A stretch of DNA of 24,293 nt from a virus (Duplodnaviria; Caudoviricetes): positions 1 to 24,293 of IMG/VR virus record IMGVR_UViG_3300048838_000585, one strand, 5' to 3'. The translations under genes and the position numbers were made by a program. Below the pieces are notes generated by a model. It worked only from the letters and a program-made list of their open reading frames with translations, did no database searches and was not told the DNA's origin. Positions 24,193-24,293 of this stretch are shown piece by piece (within the stretch, counting starts at the first letter, position 1; each line of letters begins with the position of its first letter).

Positions 24193-24293
24193 GTAACATT
24201 CCTTCCGCAGTGAGGGGTGTTTGTTGCTTGCTGCTGGCCCGTGGTGGTTGCCGCCACCTCGGGCCGTCTTGCTCCTAGATCTGATCGCGTTGG

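Larger units (their letters stand above)
1..24293 (-). mobile_element. Mu-like transposable phage/prophage with non-contractile tail (internal part; neither end in window)
   Basis: Mu gene order B-gam-gemA-mor-lysis-gp25/26/27-terminase-portal-F-G-I/Z-T-gp36 followed by tube, chaperones and tape measure with no sheath; many ATGA-type stop/start overlaps. Confidence 0.96.

Noticed and set aside
24275-24293. 3' end of MuA transposase (…QRDQI*)
   Set aside because: Expected by synteny, but five codons cannot support a call

Overview
The whole window is the interior of a GC-rich transposable (Mu-like) phage or prophage, read almost entirely on the minus strand. From right to left it carries a MuB-type ATPase, early genes (Gam-like, GemA) and a Mor/C activator. 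Next come the lysis cassette (holin, SLT endolysin, nested spanins, TraR-like and gp25/gp26-like genes), the terminases, portal and MuF. After those are gpG, protease/scaffold, major capsid, gp36, an inserted five-gene fibre/membrane block, tail terminator, tail tube, frameshifted tail chaperones and a tape measure gene over 1,570 codons that runs off the left edge. No sheath gene is present, so the tail is siphovirus-type. The best lead is at 13028-13480. MuF ends in a probable BECR-fold (PBECR3-like) nuclease domain with no immunity ORF after it. In that gap, on the opposite strand, lies a ~80-nt structured element behind a TATACT box, displaying an initiator-tRNA-like anticodon arm (CAU). 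This is a candidate tRNA-mimic antitoxin or decoy. Other leads are a two-hairpin, C-rich-loop terminated leader RNA ahead of the lysis genes, a duplicated late-promoter motif and a structured RNA between the tail tube and chaperone genes. Protein family calls come from recognised motifs and gene order, and RNA folds were derived by hand; no searches were run.
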